The translations under genes were made by a program, and so were the position numbers. Positions 1 through 12,751 of a stretch of 64,000 nucleotides of DNA are shown here, piece after piece; position 1 is the first letter of the stretch, and every line of letters begins with the position of its first letter. A model generated the notes under the pieces. It saw only the letters and a program-made list of their open reading frames with translations. It was not told the DNA's origin and made no database searches. Source of the DNA: Mobula birostris (Eukaryota); NCBI RefSeq assembly GCF_030028105.1, contig NC_092389.1:58839241-58903240 (forward strand), in the 5' to 3' direction.

Positions 1-880
1 AGTAACTTCATTGAAGGAGGTGCCTTAGTGGAAAATCCATCAATGTGATCTCTACAGTATCCTACCAGCTCCAGAAAGGACCGCAGTACTTTCAGGTCTC
101 GGGGAATAGGCAGTTTCATAACCGATTCTATTCTTCGCTTACCAATTTCTCTTTTCCCCAGTGTCAAGGTCATTACTAAATAACTAACTTCTTGTTTCAT
201 TACCTGTGCTTTTTAGGGTTTACCTTTAGTCCCAATGCAAGTAATAATTGCAGCAGTTCTGTTAGTAGCTGAAAATGTTCCTGCTTGGTTTCGTTCTGCA
301 GGAGCAGATCATCTACATATTGGACAAAGCACTCGGGTTTTGAAAACCGATTTACCCCTTCACCCAAGCGCTGGTGAAATATAGACGGGGAATTATGGAA
401 CCCCTGTGGTAGGGCAGTCCTTTTATATTGCTGTCCCTGAAAGGTAAATGCAAACTTGTATTGACACTCTCTTTCTAGTTGGATAGACCAAACTCCATTA
501 TTTATGTCTAAAACTGTGAACCATTGCGCTCTTTCATCCCGTTTGACCATTGTTTCTGGGTTAGTTGCTGCAGCTGGGGCTGTTAACGGGGTTGTTTTAT
601 TCAGCTCTCGATAGTCTATTGTCAGTCTCCAACTACCATCTGCTTTCCTCACTGGTCATATGGGTTAGTTGTTAGTGGAGGCTACTAGCCTCAGTACCCC
701 TTGTGGTACCAAACTTTGTATTACCTTACCGGCATCTTCCTCTGCTTTATTGGGAAACTCATAATTCTTCTGCGGTTTGGGGTCTGGACCTTGTATGTAG
801 GCACACACTGCCAGTCATCTTTCCACAGTCATGCTTGTGCCTTGCAAATGCCCACGGGTTCTGTGCGATAATTTGCTGCA
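1..880 (-). pseudogene. Retroviral-type reverse transcriptase (pol) fragment, disrupted
   Basis: ORF 200..652: RKADGSWRLTIDYRELNK, LDINNGVWSI, LPQGFHNSPSIFH, QYVDDLL; upstream FARHKHDCG; downstream LRSFLELVGYCR in a shifted frame. Confidence 0.9.
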
Positions 881-2835
881 CCTTCTGATCATCGCTCACC
901 TCTTCCCGTTTCATTCACATTTCACCCACTGTGCATATTCTATTCTGATATTCTCCACCTGGGATCTACATGTGGTGTATGTTATTCATACAATTAACTG
1001 GGTCAAAACAAAGCCCTGCTTTGGCCATGTAATCACTCCCCAGTATACATTCCTGCTTGCCTAGTAATTCCACAAGCACTACTGCATGTTCCAATGCTGT
1101 GTCTCCTATTCTAACTTCCAATAGAACACTCACAATGTCCTGTGAATCCACTTAGGATAATGTTACCTTATGTCTCCCAATTTACGTTATTTACATTAGT
1201 GGATTTGACGGTGGTTCAGGATTTTCCAGTGTCCCATAAAAAGGTAACAGAGCAGCCTCTGACCCTACCACTCACTAGAGGTCTTCCGGTTTCATCCCAA
1301 CTTGTGTCACCCCCCCCCCCCCTCCATGCTGGTGAGGTCTGACACCGTCTTTCAAGATCAGGTTACAAGTCCCTCGATGGTGGTACCTCCACCATGTTAT
1401 TCTGCGGGCTCCGTCTATCTGGCCCCTCCAAGGGCAGACCATATCGCTCTACTCTTTCTCGTCTCAGGTTTGGAAATGTTCTGATAATAAGTCCCCCTTG
1501 ACTACATTTATAGCATTTAATTACTCCCCCTTCAGTTTCCGTCTTCCTGGCCCTGTTCCATTTCCTCTGTCCTTCCTTGCTCCTTGGTAGCGTGGCAGGG
1601 AGGCCTTGTGGGTGGGTCCTCTACCGTCATTTCTCTAGGCAGGTTCCTAACTTGTAACAGGTATCACCTTCCCATGAGAAAGTTTAGGTGGTCTTTGTAT
1701 CTCCTTTTCCAACGCTCTACTCATCTTCCTCAGTATCCATGCCTCAGTATGTGTGGGTTCATAAATATCAAACATTTCCAGTGCCTTTTTAGATTCATCC
1801 GTACAGTGAGACACCAGTGTCCTCAACCCTCTATTTGAGGTGTCCAGTCCTAAGTGGTCCCGATCTAATGATGTTCCATTAACCCAGTCCATAAACGGGA
1901 TGCAAATGCGTTGTGATTTTCATTTCTCCTCTGGTAACATCTGACTAGCGTGTCTACCGGGGACCCCACCATCTCATTGTATATCTGTGAAAGCTGAGTG
2001 TATATTTGGCTGTAAACAGGTTACCATCAGTTTCCTTTCCTCAGAGTTGTCTAGGCCATGTATTATTCTCTGATGACTAGTTGCTTGGAAAAGCTCTTCA
2101 GGGTCGCCTCCGAGCACGCATGTTCCGATGTCCTTAACAATATATCTAAGCTGCTGTAACCCGAACGGTCTGCTGTACGTTATATTATGATTTTGATCTG
2201 TTCCCCTGCTCTCTCTCCCAACCCCCGCCCCCGATAGTAACTAGGGGTGCCAATCTTGCAGCCAGTAGCACCGGTTTCCGTGGCTATGGTGTCAGTGAGA
2301 GTTCCTCAGGAAATGGTGCTTCGTAATTTTCCTAACCGTATCTAGTAGCTTCATCTGCTAACTCATGCCAATCAATATCTCCGTATTCACCTTCCTTCCC
2401 TTTCTGATATCCAGAAAGCGCATATTATTCGTCGTTGTGCAGTAGGTTGGTCCTGCAGCTTTTGAATATGCTTTAAGCGCTTTGCATGATCGTCAGTGTA
2501 ACTCCTCTTTTCCTGCGCTGATTTCTGAATCACTTCCCCTTAATCCTTCCACTTCATCCTTCGCTAGCTGAGCTGTTTTCTTTATTTTACTTGTTTTCTT
2601 TAAGTAAGATCACAGACTTCAAGTGAAACTGGTACATATTCATCAAGTCCATACCTCTGATCCTGTAAATCAGTAACCGTTTCTCTAAGGGGTTCTAACT
2701 CCTTTGGAACCTTCTGTGTTCTCCTTGTAACCTATCTCGCTCGGCTTCTGCTTTATGCTGATATTGTAGGATTTTCAGCTGTAACCTATGTGATCCGACT
2801 CGTGTCTTCCCCTGAGTAAAGAGATTTATCCTCGA

Positions 2836-2853
2836 GCCCCAACGGGGACACCA
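2836..2853 (-). promoter_or_regulatory. Primer-binding site-like sequence of the LTR element
   Basis: Minus strand TGGTGTCCCCGTTGGGGC followed by TCGA, complementary to a tRNA 3' end and T-arm, a few nt inside the LTR-like block; tRNA identity not resolved. Confidence 0.65.
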
Positions 2854-2857
2854 ATTC

Positions 2858-3617
2858 GGTAACAAGAATCACCCCTTGTAATAATGACCAGTGAGGCACA
2901 GAGAATCTGCGGTTACCAACAAGTAACTTTTATTATTTCTACTAAAAGGCATGTGGGTTCACACTTACCTACCTGTGTGCTCCCTGCTAGAACCCCTGAT
3001 ACTTCATGAACGGTCCATGAAATGAGAAAGGTATTACCCGGGAAAGGAGTCTACGCTGGCTACACTTTCCTCGTGGTGCCGATCTCCACGCCTCCGTGGA
3101 TTGTCTCTGGCTGTTGGACAGTAATCGCCCTTGCGTATCTGGCGTCCTTGTGTCCGGAACTGTTCCTCATCAATTGAACCATTGAATCTCCATCCCACTG
3201 GCTCAAGGTCAACTGATCTACCTCGATAACCTTCTTACTGGTCATAGTACAGGGCTACAAATAACATTCTTTCATGGCTCTGCCCATCCCAGCCTTGTGT
3301 ATTTCTGTCTTTACACTCTGACTGGTCCAAACCAGTTAAATGGGCCAACCCAGGCATTGTCGAACGAGATTACAGATTGCAGGTCTGGTACTTTACATAA
3401 CAAACAGCTATTCATCTGAGAATGCTCCCAAGTTTATTGCTCTGATTAGATTGTCCCAGAGCCAAGAATCAGTTCAGAGTCCATTCCCTTTACATAACAA
3501 ATGGCTACTAGTTTAAGAATGGTCTCAGGTTTAGTGGATCACAACCCAAAGCTTCCTGTGTCCATATTCAGTGGCAGATTAGAATAGCGAGGAGCGAGAT
3601 TCAGTTCAGAATCCACA
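2858..3617 (-). repeat. Putative 5' LTR
   Basis: Begins TG at 3617 on minus, AATAAA near 2930, internal duplication ctttacataacaaa (~3391 and ~3488), abuts the PBS. Confidence 0.55.
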
Positions 3618-3649
3618 AAACGGTGGTGCGGGGGTGGGGGGGGGGGGGA

Positions 3650-4085
3650 GGTGGAAAGTCAACTGGCCCGTCTGCCTCCCCTGTCCTTGGTCAGGCTGCT
3701 GTTCCTTCTGGCCAACAACACCTACTTAACTCCGGCCCATCTAAGGAGAGGCCAATCAATATTAAGAAAGTTAAAACACCCATCACAACAACCTTATCTC
3801 CAGAATCTGCCTCCCTATCTGCTCTTCGATGTCTTTGTTACTATTGGGGGATCTATAAAAAACAGTCAGTTGAGTTATTGCCCCCTTCCTGTTTCTGACT
3901 TCCATCCACAATGACTCAGTAGACAATTCCTCCATGACCACCTCCTTTTCTGCAGCCGTGATACTATCCCTGATTAGCAGTGCCACACACCCACATCTTT
4001 TGCCTCCCTCCCTTTCCTTTTGAAAACATCTAACGTCTGGCACACTCAACAGCCATTCCTGCCCCAGAGACATCCAAGTTTCTGT
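3650..4085 (-). mobile_element. CR1 LINE fragment (APE endonuclease)
   Basis: ORF 3783..4100 (ETW, VALLIRDSITA, STESLWMEVRNRKG, FYRSPNS) matches CR1 ORF2 at 46968. Confidence 0.85.
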
Positions 4086-4199
4086 ACCAGTCTGATTCAC
4101 CAGTCTATCATGTCCAGGATTAAAATGTCGTTGCCATGGGTGGGGTACTAAAGGTTATCTCCCATTGTTCAAGAAATGTTTGAAGAGTAAACCGTAAAG

Positions 4200-5095
4200 T
4201 TAAAGGAAGGTGAGCCTCACATCATTTGTGGGTAACTTATTTGAAGACATTTTAAGGGACAAGACATATGTATATGGATTTCAATTGGAATATGGTGAAC
4301 TGGATTTGCAGGTGCCAACGAGATTCAGAGCGTGAGTGGAAAGAGAAGTATTTATCAGAACTTGTTGCATGATCGGAGAAGCTGGAAAAATGGGCTGAAA
4401 ATTCTGTAGATGGGATGTAATGCAGACAAGCATACAGTGTTTCACTTTTGCCAGAATCAACCAGTGTAGGGCTTACGCAGTTAACGGTAGGTAATTGTAG
4501 TCTGCGTAGAACAGAACGAGATAGAAATAGACTTCCAGAATAGGTAGAGATATAAAGATAACTTTTGGCATATTGCCCTTCATAAAACAAAGTAGTGAGT
4601 ACACGAATTAGAATGTTATGCTGAAGTTGTATAGGACGTTAATGAGGACAGACCTGGAGTATTGTCTGCAGTTTGGCTCACCTATCAACAGAAAATTTAT
4701 AATGATGTCCTCAGGAGTTGAGGACCTGAGTCAGAGGGACACATTCAATAGGTTTAGTCTCACCCAGACCGAGACTATCCCCCCCACCCACCCCTCCGGA
4801 TGGGTGAAACTAGAAGAAGACGTCAGAGTTTAATAGTAAAAGGTGAAATGTTTACGGGGAACATGAGAAGGAAAGTCTTCACTCAGAGGTCAGTAGGTGT
4901 GTGGAATAAGCTGCCAGAAGAGGAGGTGAATGCAGGTTTAAATGCAACATTTAGGAGACACTTGGTTAGGTATAAGGATGGAGGGATATGATTGGAAATG
5001 GTCCTGGTGGAGGTTGAAGGAGCTAGGCTAGAAAACAAGTCATCACAGACATGCAAGGGCCTGGCGGTCTGTTTATGTGTGTGGTGTTCCATAAC
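4200..5095 (+). mobile_element. Old CR1 LINE 3' fragment
   Basis: MLKLYRTLMRTDLEYCLQF, FTQRSVGVWNKLP, CR1-type 3' end. Confidence 0.8.
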
Positions 5096-5529
5096 CCTAC
5101 ATCCTATCCCTACGAATCCTGTCCTGTAACCTCCCGATATCTGACGTGAGTTTGACCAGTCTATATTTTCCAGGCGTTTCCATTCCGCTTCTTATATTAT
5201 AGAAGAACATTGATCACCGATTTTCAGGGATCTTGCTTGTCACTAGAAAAAAATAAAAATATTGATCTTGCCCTTAAATCCCATCTCCTGCCTGACTGTT
5301 CTTCAAGAGTCCAAACACTACCTCCTTAGTGGTCCTGTACGAAAAAAAAATCAAAGGCATTTTGGATAAGTACAGAATAGGAAAGGTTTAGTCATCGTCT
5401 CCTACAGCAGGGAAAAGACTGAGGAAGTCCCATGCGACGTTCAAACTAATTCCCGTCCCAGTGCGGATGTGACCATTTTGGTGGGCACCAGGATGGCATG
5501 GAATGGGGGGTGGGCGAAGGGCTATTGTC

Positions 5530-5625
5530 ACTGCTGTAAGGGAAGGGTCTCGTCCGAAATGTCGAATCTATTCCTCGCAGTAGATGCTGCCAATCAGCCA
5601 AGTTTCTGAAAGTGTTGCATTCAGT
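5530..5625 (+). repeat. Penelope-derived short repeat (decayed hammerhead-bearing terminus)
   Basis: gaagggtctcgtccgaaatgtcg...agatgctgcc resembles the copies at 21319, 28949 and 58748. Confidence 0.55.
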
Positions 5626-5639
5626 TCTTTTTAACATTT

Positions 5640-6290
5640 TATACAAAGGATATTAGTGCTGGAAGAATGCAGAGGCGATTCACAAGAATTGACGGAATCG
5701 TGTTATGGGGCAAGGTTGGTACCTGCTGTTATAAGGTAGAGTTCTACAGATGGATCTTGGAAATAGAGTTTTTAGCTCCCTGAAAGTGGCGCACAGGATG
5801 ATTGGTTGGTAAAGTCGATTCCCGTTCTTAGCAGTCGAGGCACAGAGTTCTAGTGTCATATAGATATGCTGTAGTTTTCTGAAACAGTAGTTTGAACCAT
5901 ATCTGGCGTGTTGCATTCTCTTACGCGAGAAATGAAGATTGGTTGGACAGTGAGTGGAAGAGGGCTGCCTGGATCAGCAGAGATTGGACAATCTCGCGAT
6001 GTGTTCACTGGAGCGGCAGAGATCGAGGGAAGCCTGAGAGGGAGACGTGTGTTGTATTTTTATTCTTTCACACTCATACTGGTGGCTGTCTAGATTGAAT
6101 GTCAGGGGTGGTGATAGAGGCAGATGTGACGGGGGATACTAGAAACCGCATGAAGGTGTGGAGAATAGAGGGATATGAACCTTTGTAGGCAGAAGAGATT
6201 GGTTTGATATCACATGAAATTACCAGTTCAATTAGCTCAGAACAACAGTGAGCAGAAGATCCCGTTCCACTGCTGTACAACTCTGTGTTG
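5640..6290 (+). mobile_element. Old CR1 LINE 3' fragment
   Basis: Decayed similarity to CR1 RT C-terminus and 3' UTR. Confidence 0.65.
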
Positions 6291-7413
6291 GTGATATCAC
6301 AGCATATCGTGTCGGCCGCATCAGTGTGACGTGTTAAACCTAGAAAGTCAAAGTAAAGATTCACGACTTTTGTTGCCGGGACCGGAGGACTGGAGTCCGA
6401 AGGAGACTGGATAGTGACTGTGCACTGATCCGAAAACTGAGAGTGATAGTACACTGATTTCCCCCTCTACCACACGTCCCACTGTCACGATCCAATTGTG
6501 GGGTGATGTAAAGGGTGAGGAATTGCTCATGATAGAAACTGCTGTACATAATTCGTAAGCACCATCAATGAGTTGTTGTAATCACTTTTAAGAGATGGTT
6601 GTCCGACGTAGTGATGTAAGTTTAAGGTGATTGTTTTTTCTTTGTCTGTAATGGAAGTAAAGGGCTGAGGATTTTGGCAAGCGCATTAAACGGCTCGTGC
6701 ACGTTTTATTCGCAAAAGAAGACGAACCAACAGTGACTGTGTACAGATCCCAGAAATGGGACCCCACCAATGCAGCCCCAGAGTGCACGGGGTGCACTAT
6801 GCAGAACTATGAACATGGATGTGAATTACTTTCCCTCCCCAACTCCAGTCCCACAAGGTCTGTGGGTAGAACTTAGCAACAAGACGGTTCACTATAGTTC
6901 GTTATAGACTCAAATAATAAGCCGGAATATGTCACCGTCCAGCTTATCTGAACCACTGACAATTTTAAAGATTTCCATTCGTTTTTCTCTCATTCTACTT
7001 AGTTCCAAGGCAAAGTCTAGCTAACACCACAGGACTCTAGTCCATGGAAATTTCTTGCAGATTTTTTCTACCCTCTNNNNNNNNNNNNNNNNNNNNNNNN
7101 NNNNNNNNNNNNNNNNNNNNNNNNNNNNNNNNNNNNNNNNNNNNNNNNNNNNNNNNNNNNNNNNNNNNNNNNNNNNNNNNNNNNNNNNNNNNNNNNNNNN
7201 NNNNNNNNNNNNNNNNNNNNNNNNNNNNNATCTGCAATCTGAACTTTCCCGGCCCCCATGTGTACCCCACCCACTTTCACTTCACTACCTCACTCAGCCA
7301 GTCTCTCATTTCTCCCCTTCATAACCACTTCCCTGTATTCCTCGATCCCTGTTCTCTGATGATTCAGATCTCACCAGTGAAGGCGAGGAGCGGTAGCTCG
7401 AACTGGGTAGTGT

Positions 7414-8321
7414 TCAAAGCGCGGGTTTATTAATGAACTGAAGCAGCGAGGTGACCGGATATTTCAACGCACTGATCACCTGCTCCCTGAATTTCGACTG
7501 AGTCACAGCGTAAATAAATGTGTTCGTGCAGCAGCTGAAATTCCTCAGCAAATACCCGATGTTGTGAAAAATCCATTCAGAAGCATTGAAATTGAATCCT
7601 CTTCCACTGACCTGATAATATATGAAATTAACTATGAAGGTCATCCACAGGAGGATGAAACTGCCGGAGAGGGTGAAGAGTAAAACCACAGACCTCCTCC
7701 TGCTCTCCATCTCCGGGTCACTGCGGTCCCCCCCCCTGCTCTGGCCCTTCAGCCCCTTACGGACTCGACTGGCCTTTAAAATATGTCTGGCTGTCAGAGC
7801 GTTGACTGTCAGGATCACAGCGAAAGGGAGGAACGGATTTAAAGCCATATCGAGCCAATCATATCCTACCCAAACAGGGTCAGTGAAGACGCTTTGCATG
7901 GGTGTACAGAACCAAGGTATATTATTGATCATCTGTTGGGGTTCTAACATGAAGTACCGAGGAACGTTTTTCAGACAGAACAGTACGACAGATGTTGTCA
8001 GAACCACAGCCGCAGTTTTCCCGGTGCAATATTTTGTTTTCAGCTTCTGGCAGCAAATGGCGACAAACCGATCAAAGGTGAAAGTGACAGTGAACCAGAC
8101 AGAACAGTCTGTGGCTGTGAACGTCAGGAGATCGATAATTCTGCACACAGGGGTAATGTCCAGATAACTCAAAGGAAAATAATAATTATTGATCCGATAC
8201 AAAATCACCTCAGTGACAATGGTCAGTAGATCCGCCGCTGCCATGGCCACCAGGTAGCGAATGGTGCAGGTAGAGAGGCCGCAATTTCCCCAGGACAGGA
8301 TCACGATCGCCAGTAAATTCA
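7414..8321 (-). CDS. GPR139/GPR142-like class A GPCR, gene 1, exon 2 (remainder of TM1 to stop)
   Basis: Pyrimidine tract + AG acceptor (ctctctccag|TG AAT TTA); YLVAMAAADLL, FTFDRFVAICC, CTNTFIYAVT; 908 nt like gene 4 exon 2; open frame. Confidence 0.93.
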
Positions 8322-8431
8322 CTGGAGAGAGAGGTGGGGAGCGGGTGGGGTGTGAGGGAAGAGAACATACACTTGTCATTACTGAACACATTCTCCGGCA
8401 ATTACCCAAGGATCAGGTTTCAGCTGAAGAT

Positions 8432-8560
8432 GATAGAAACATAGAGAAACTACAGCACAATACAGGCTCTTCGACCCACAATGCTGTGCCAAACATGTAC
8501 TTACTTCAGGAATTACCTAGGGTTACCCATAGTACTCTGTTTTTCTAAGCTCCATGTACC
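8432..8560 (-). mobile_element. CR1 3'-end fragment in gene 1 intron
   Basis: atagaaacatagag tail followed by cagcacaatacaggc...cccacaatgctgtgcc, like the tail at 39890. Confidence 0.75.
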
Positions 8561-8819
8561 ATCAGGTGAGCTGGAGTCTGTGAACGGCTGCTAATTTAAT
8601 ATCAGACACGGGCCACATTGTCTCCGACCTGCCTTCTCTAATGTGGCGATAAGGCGATGTGCGGGTAATTGTAGGGTATAAAAAACGAGGTCCATGAAAA
8701 ACCACGATTCGTGCTATTCCCGATTCCAGTCGATAGCACCGTTTGCACTGATTTGACGGTGACTGATCAGGCTCCTAGAAGCTAAATATCTGATGGGGCC
8801 GAGAAGGGATACAGAGGGG

Positions 8820-8921
8820 GAGCAACACGCACAGGTTTATGCGGGAACTCAGCAGGTCAGGCAGCATACATAGAAATTGAACAAACATTCAATGTTTCGG
8901 GCAGAGGCCCTTCTTCAGGTC
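8820..8921 (-). repeat. Penelope-derived repeat with hammerhead-like core, gene 1 intron
   Basis: Minus: CTGAAGA-A-GGGC-ctct-GCCC-GAAAC, then gctgcctgacctgctgagttccc. Confidence 0.7.
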
Positions 8922-9122
8922 AGGTAGAAGTGCCCCGATTCACGACAGGTCTCGGAAGGAAAGCAGGGATAACCAAAGTCTGATTAGCTCTGTTAATGGA
9001 TGAACTATGCAGCTCGGTTCAGTTGGACAGCACACGTCAGTAGATCCATTCGATCACTTTGATCAATAACTCAGAAACAGTGCACTTCACAGTGTAACTT
9101 TTCCACGTCGAACCTTACTGGC

Positions 9123-9189
9123 CAGGAGCTCTAATCATTGCAATAAACACGTACAATATTTCCCTCACACACCTGTACCTGTCCAACAT
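9123..9189 (-). CDS. GPCR gene 1, proximal duplicate exon 1 (MLDRYRCVREILYVFIAMIRAP); weak GC donor, possibly dead
   Basis: Clear paralog of gene 4 exon 1 (MLDRYERVAKMLYVFIAVIGVP) including upstream sequence; donor reads CCTG|GCCAGT. Confidence 0.5.
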
Positions 9190-11006
9190 TGCAGATATTT
9201 TCTCTGTCCAGTGATTTGTCCGTCTGTGCTTCAAACGATCTCTCAGAATGAAATGTTGAGGCAGCACATGCCAAGGGTTAATAGCCTTTAGCGACTTTAG
9301 AGGGAGATCGTTAAACTTGTTGCGAACTAATTATTTTATGCAAGTGGGCAATTCTCGCAATGACAGACTTTGAGTGAATTGTGAAGCTGCATACAATGTA
9401 AATTGTGATCGTACTGAGGGCTGTAAATTGGGAACGGCACTCTTCCAGCAAGGGGAATATTTTTTCAAACAAAATCACACCGAGCCTACCGCCTCTTGTT
9501 TGTGTCGTGGTGACTTTTGTTCATCATTTGAGGAGATGTACTGAGAGTAAATCAGATCTGATCTCGTTATAACCACATCCATCTTTCTCGACGTCCCGTA
9601 ACCAACCTGAGCGTGTTCTTGTGGTGTACCAAACTTTGCCCTAGGTCAAACACATGTCTATGATCTTCATCATTGAGGGAAGTGTATGCTCCGAGAAAAT
9701 ACACGTAGCTGCCTTCTATTTGCTTAATTCTACACAGAACAAAGGAAGATAAAACACATTAACATGACCCATTGGTCCAGAGTGTCTATGCTAAACATGG
9801 CGCCAAATTAAACGGATTCTATCAAAGTACGTCCCTCTACACTCTCTGCCCGTCTGTTTGTCAACCCTCACATATGTAAGTATAGCAATCTGAATTCTCT
9901 CTTCTAAGAAGCTTTTAGACCATTTGTGTAAGTTAGTTTCTCTCAACATGAAGGAAAGTTGGAGAATCAAANNNNNNNNNNNNNNNNNNNNNNNNNNNNN
10001 NNNNNNNNNNNNNNNNNNNNNNNNNNNNNNNNNNNNNNNNNNNNNNNNNNNNNNNNNNNNNNNNNNNNNNNNNNNNNNNNNNNNNNNNNNNNNNNNNNNN
10101 NNNNNNNNNNNNNNNNNNNNNNNNNNNNNNNNNNNNNNNNNNNNNNNNNNNNNNNNNNNNNNNNNNNNNNNNNNNNNNNNNNNNNNNNNNNNNNNNNNNN
10201 NNNNNNNNNNNNNNNNNNNNNNNNNNNNNNNNNNNNNNNNNNNNNTGTGTGTCTTTCGGTCCCTGCGTGCGCGGGTGTGTACAGTGTTGATGAGTGAGTG
10301 TGCGTGCCTGATTGTGACAGTGAGCGGCTTTATCTGTGTCAATTTGTGTGCGCTGACTAATTATTTGTCTTTGCCAGACATTACGACCCGCCAGTTGACA
10401 CTAAGCCGCAGGGCTACCCGTTCCCAAGACTGGTACAAATCTAGACAATTTCCGACTGAAACCTTCCCATTGACAATATTCCGGGGAACGACCTGTGGCA
10501 GAATTCGAACAACTCTGGACCAGTTATCATAAAGTACCGGGTGTTCACTCTGATCAAAACCTCAGGAACAGTCAAGATCACAATGACGTCACCTTTCCGG
10601 AGAGCTGCCTGTTCCCAAAACTGGAACAAATCTGAGAACGTGTCATTCATGGACCAGGTGCTCACACTGATCAGTCACTGAGAAACTGTCAACAGCATAA
10701 TCATAACTTCCCCAGTAACATCGTCCCGCAGAGCTGCCTGGACCCAGCAGTAGTAGCACTCTGGTCAAAGGGTCGTTAAGGGCGATCCCATAAGTTCTAG
10801 TCGGTCCCGTATGTTCGAGGAGAGACGGAGGTTATCTTTCGTTTGTTTTTAAATGTGAGAAATCTAAATATCGAATTGACAAGATCGTATCACTGACGGA
10901 TACTTGTGCAATTTTCATCAAGTCGGAAGCTTGCAAAATGATCATATTCAGATTCACACCGGTTAACACACACAAATACCAAACATGAATTGTTCTGCTC
11001 ACTCAC

Positions 11007-11082
11007 CAGGAACTCCAATGACGGCTATCAAAACGTACAGTACTTTCTGCACACTCCAGTACTTATACCATATTTCCCACAT
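11007..11082 (-). CDS. GPCR gene 1, distal exon 1 (MWEIWYKYWSVQKVLYVLIAVIGVP)
   Basis: ATG at 11082, phase-1 donor CCTG|GTGAGT joins exon 2 in frame (327 aa); downstream intron sequence matches the start of the gene 4 intron. Confidence 0.8.
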
Positions 11083-11346
11083 TTTCTCTGTCCAGTGGTT
11101 CACCTCCTGTGCCAGAGGCTATTTCTCTCGGAATGAAGTGTTGCGGCATCACATGCCTAGGTACTTAATACCGGTTAGCAACTCCACAGGGACATTTCCA
11201 TAGATTTTAAAATTAAGGTTTCGAAATTATTTACAAATAGATTTCGTTATACAAGTACAATCCCCGAGGTGACAGATTGTGATTAATTTAGTGAAGCAAT
11301 TATGAAACTGAAAACAATGGAAATTGTTATGGTACTGAAGGATGTA

Positions 11347-12737
11347 CAATGGCAAACAAAAGTTTGGGCACCCCTCGTCAAATGTTTTGTTACTGTGAAT
11401 AGCCAAGCGAGTAAAAAATGACCTGATTTCCAAAAGGCATAAAGTTAAAAATGAGACATTTCTTCAATATTTTAAGCAAGATTACATTTTTTCCCCATTT
11501 TTATGTACAGTTTGAAAACAGCAAAAATGGAAAAGGGCCCGAAGCAGATGTTTGGGCACCCTGCATGGTCAGTACTTAGTAGCATCCCATTTGGCAAGTT
11601 TCACAGCTTGTAATCGCTTTCTGAAGCAACTAAGAGTATTTCAATTATTGTTTGGGGAATGTTCGCCCATTCTTCCTTGCCAAAGGCTTATAGTTCTGTG
11701 AGGTTCTGGGGCCGTCTTGCAAGCACGGCTCTTATGAGGTATATCCCAGATATCCGATGATGTTTGGGTCGAAGGACTGTGAAGTCCAATGCAAAACCTT
11801 CAGCTTGCTCCTCTTCAGGTAGTCCATTGTGGATTTTGAGGTGTGTTCAGGATCATTTTCCTGTTCTAGAAGCCATCCTCTTTTCATCTTCAGCTTTTTT
11901 ACAGACGGTGTGATGTTTGATTCCGGAATTTGCTGGTATTTAATTGAATCCATTCTTCCCTCTACCAGTGAAATGTTCCCCATGCCACGGGCTACAACAC
12001 AAGCCCGAAGCATGATCGATCCACCCCCATGCTTAACAGTTGGAGAGGTGTTCTTTTCATGAAATTCTGCACCTTTTTTTCTCCAAACATACTTTGGCTC
12101 ATTGCGGCCAAAACGTTCTATTTTAACTTCATCACTTCTCAGGACTTGTTTTCAAAATGCATCAGGCTTGTTCAGATGCTCCTTTGCAAACTTCTGACGC
12201 TGAATTTTGCGGTGAGGACGCAAGAAAGGTTTTCTTCTGATGACTCTGCCATAAAAGTCATATTTGTGCAGGTATCGCTGCACAGTAGAACAGTGCACCA
12301 CCACTCCAGAGTCTGCTAAATCTTCCTGAAGATCTTTTGCAGCCAAACGGGGGCTTTGATTTGTCTTTCTGGCAATCCTGCAAGCAGTTCTCTCAGAAAG
12401 TTTTCTTGGTCTTCCAGATCTCAACTTGACCTCCACCATTACTGTTTAGTGCCATTTCTTAATTACATTACGATCTGAGGAAACGGCTAACTGAAAACGC
12501 ATTGCTATCTTCTTACAGACTTCTCCTGCTTTGTGGGCATCAATTATTTTAATTTTCAGAGTGCTAGGCAGCTGTTAAAGGAGCCCATGGCTGAGCCCAT
12601 TATCTGAGAGCTCAAATCCATTGGGGTGCCCAAACCTTTGCATGGTGCTCCTTTCTTTTTTTTCAACGCTAAAATTGTACAAAACAAAATTAATACACAA
12701 ATACCGCTTAAAATGTTGAAAAGAATGTTTCATCTTT
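11347..12737 (-). mobile_element. Tc1/mariner transposon (IR/DR type), defective, right end lost at a CR1 fragment
   Basis: TA|CAATGG...AAGTTTGGGCACCC left end; inner repeats near 11545 and 12622; transposase pieces RSGRPRKLS, RRKPFL, QENDPEHTSKST, SQSFDPNII. Confidence 0.92.
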
Positions 12738-12751
12738 TGGTCTCCAAATTT

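Larger units (their letters stand above)
1..3617 (-). mobile_element. Degenerate endogenous retrovirus-like LTR element (5' LTR, PBS, gag, protease, RT); continues off the left edge
   Basis: On minus, in order: LTR-like block, TGG-starting PBS, decayed gag with CYKC knuckle remnant (~1480-1515), protease motif FLWDTG (~1225-1245), RT with LPQGFHNSP and YVDD; many stops and frameshifts. Confidence 0.85.

Noticed and set aside
7622-8167. 181-aa plus-strand ORF antisense to GPCR gene 1 (similar ones at 20729, 28359, 42429)
   Set aside because: Shadow frames of the GPCR coding strand; broken at different points in the paralogs and with no splice or protein-family support
8322-8409. N-terminal extensions of ORF-track GPCR calls (also 20085-20259)
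   Set aside because: They run through the intronic pyrimidine tract; true N-termini come from the spliced first exons
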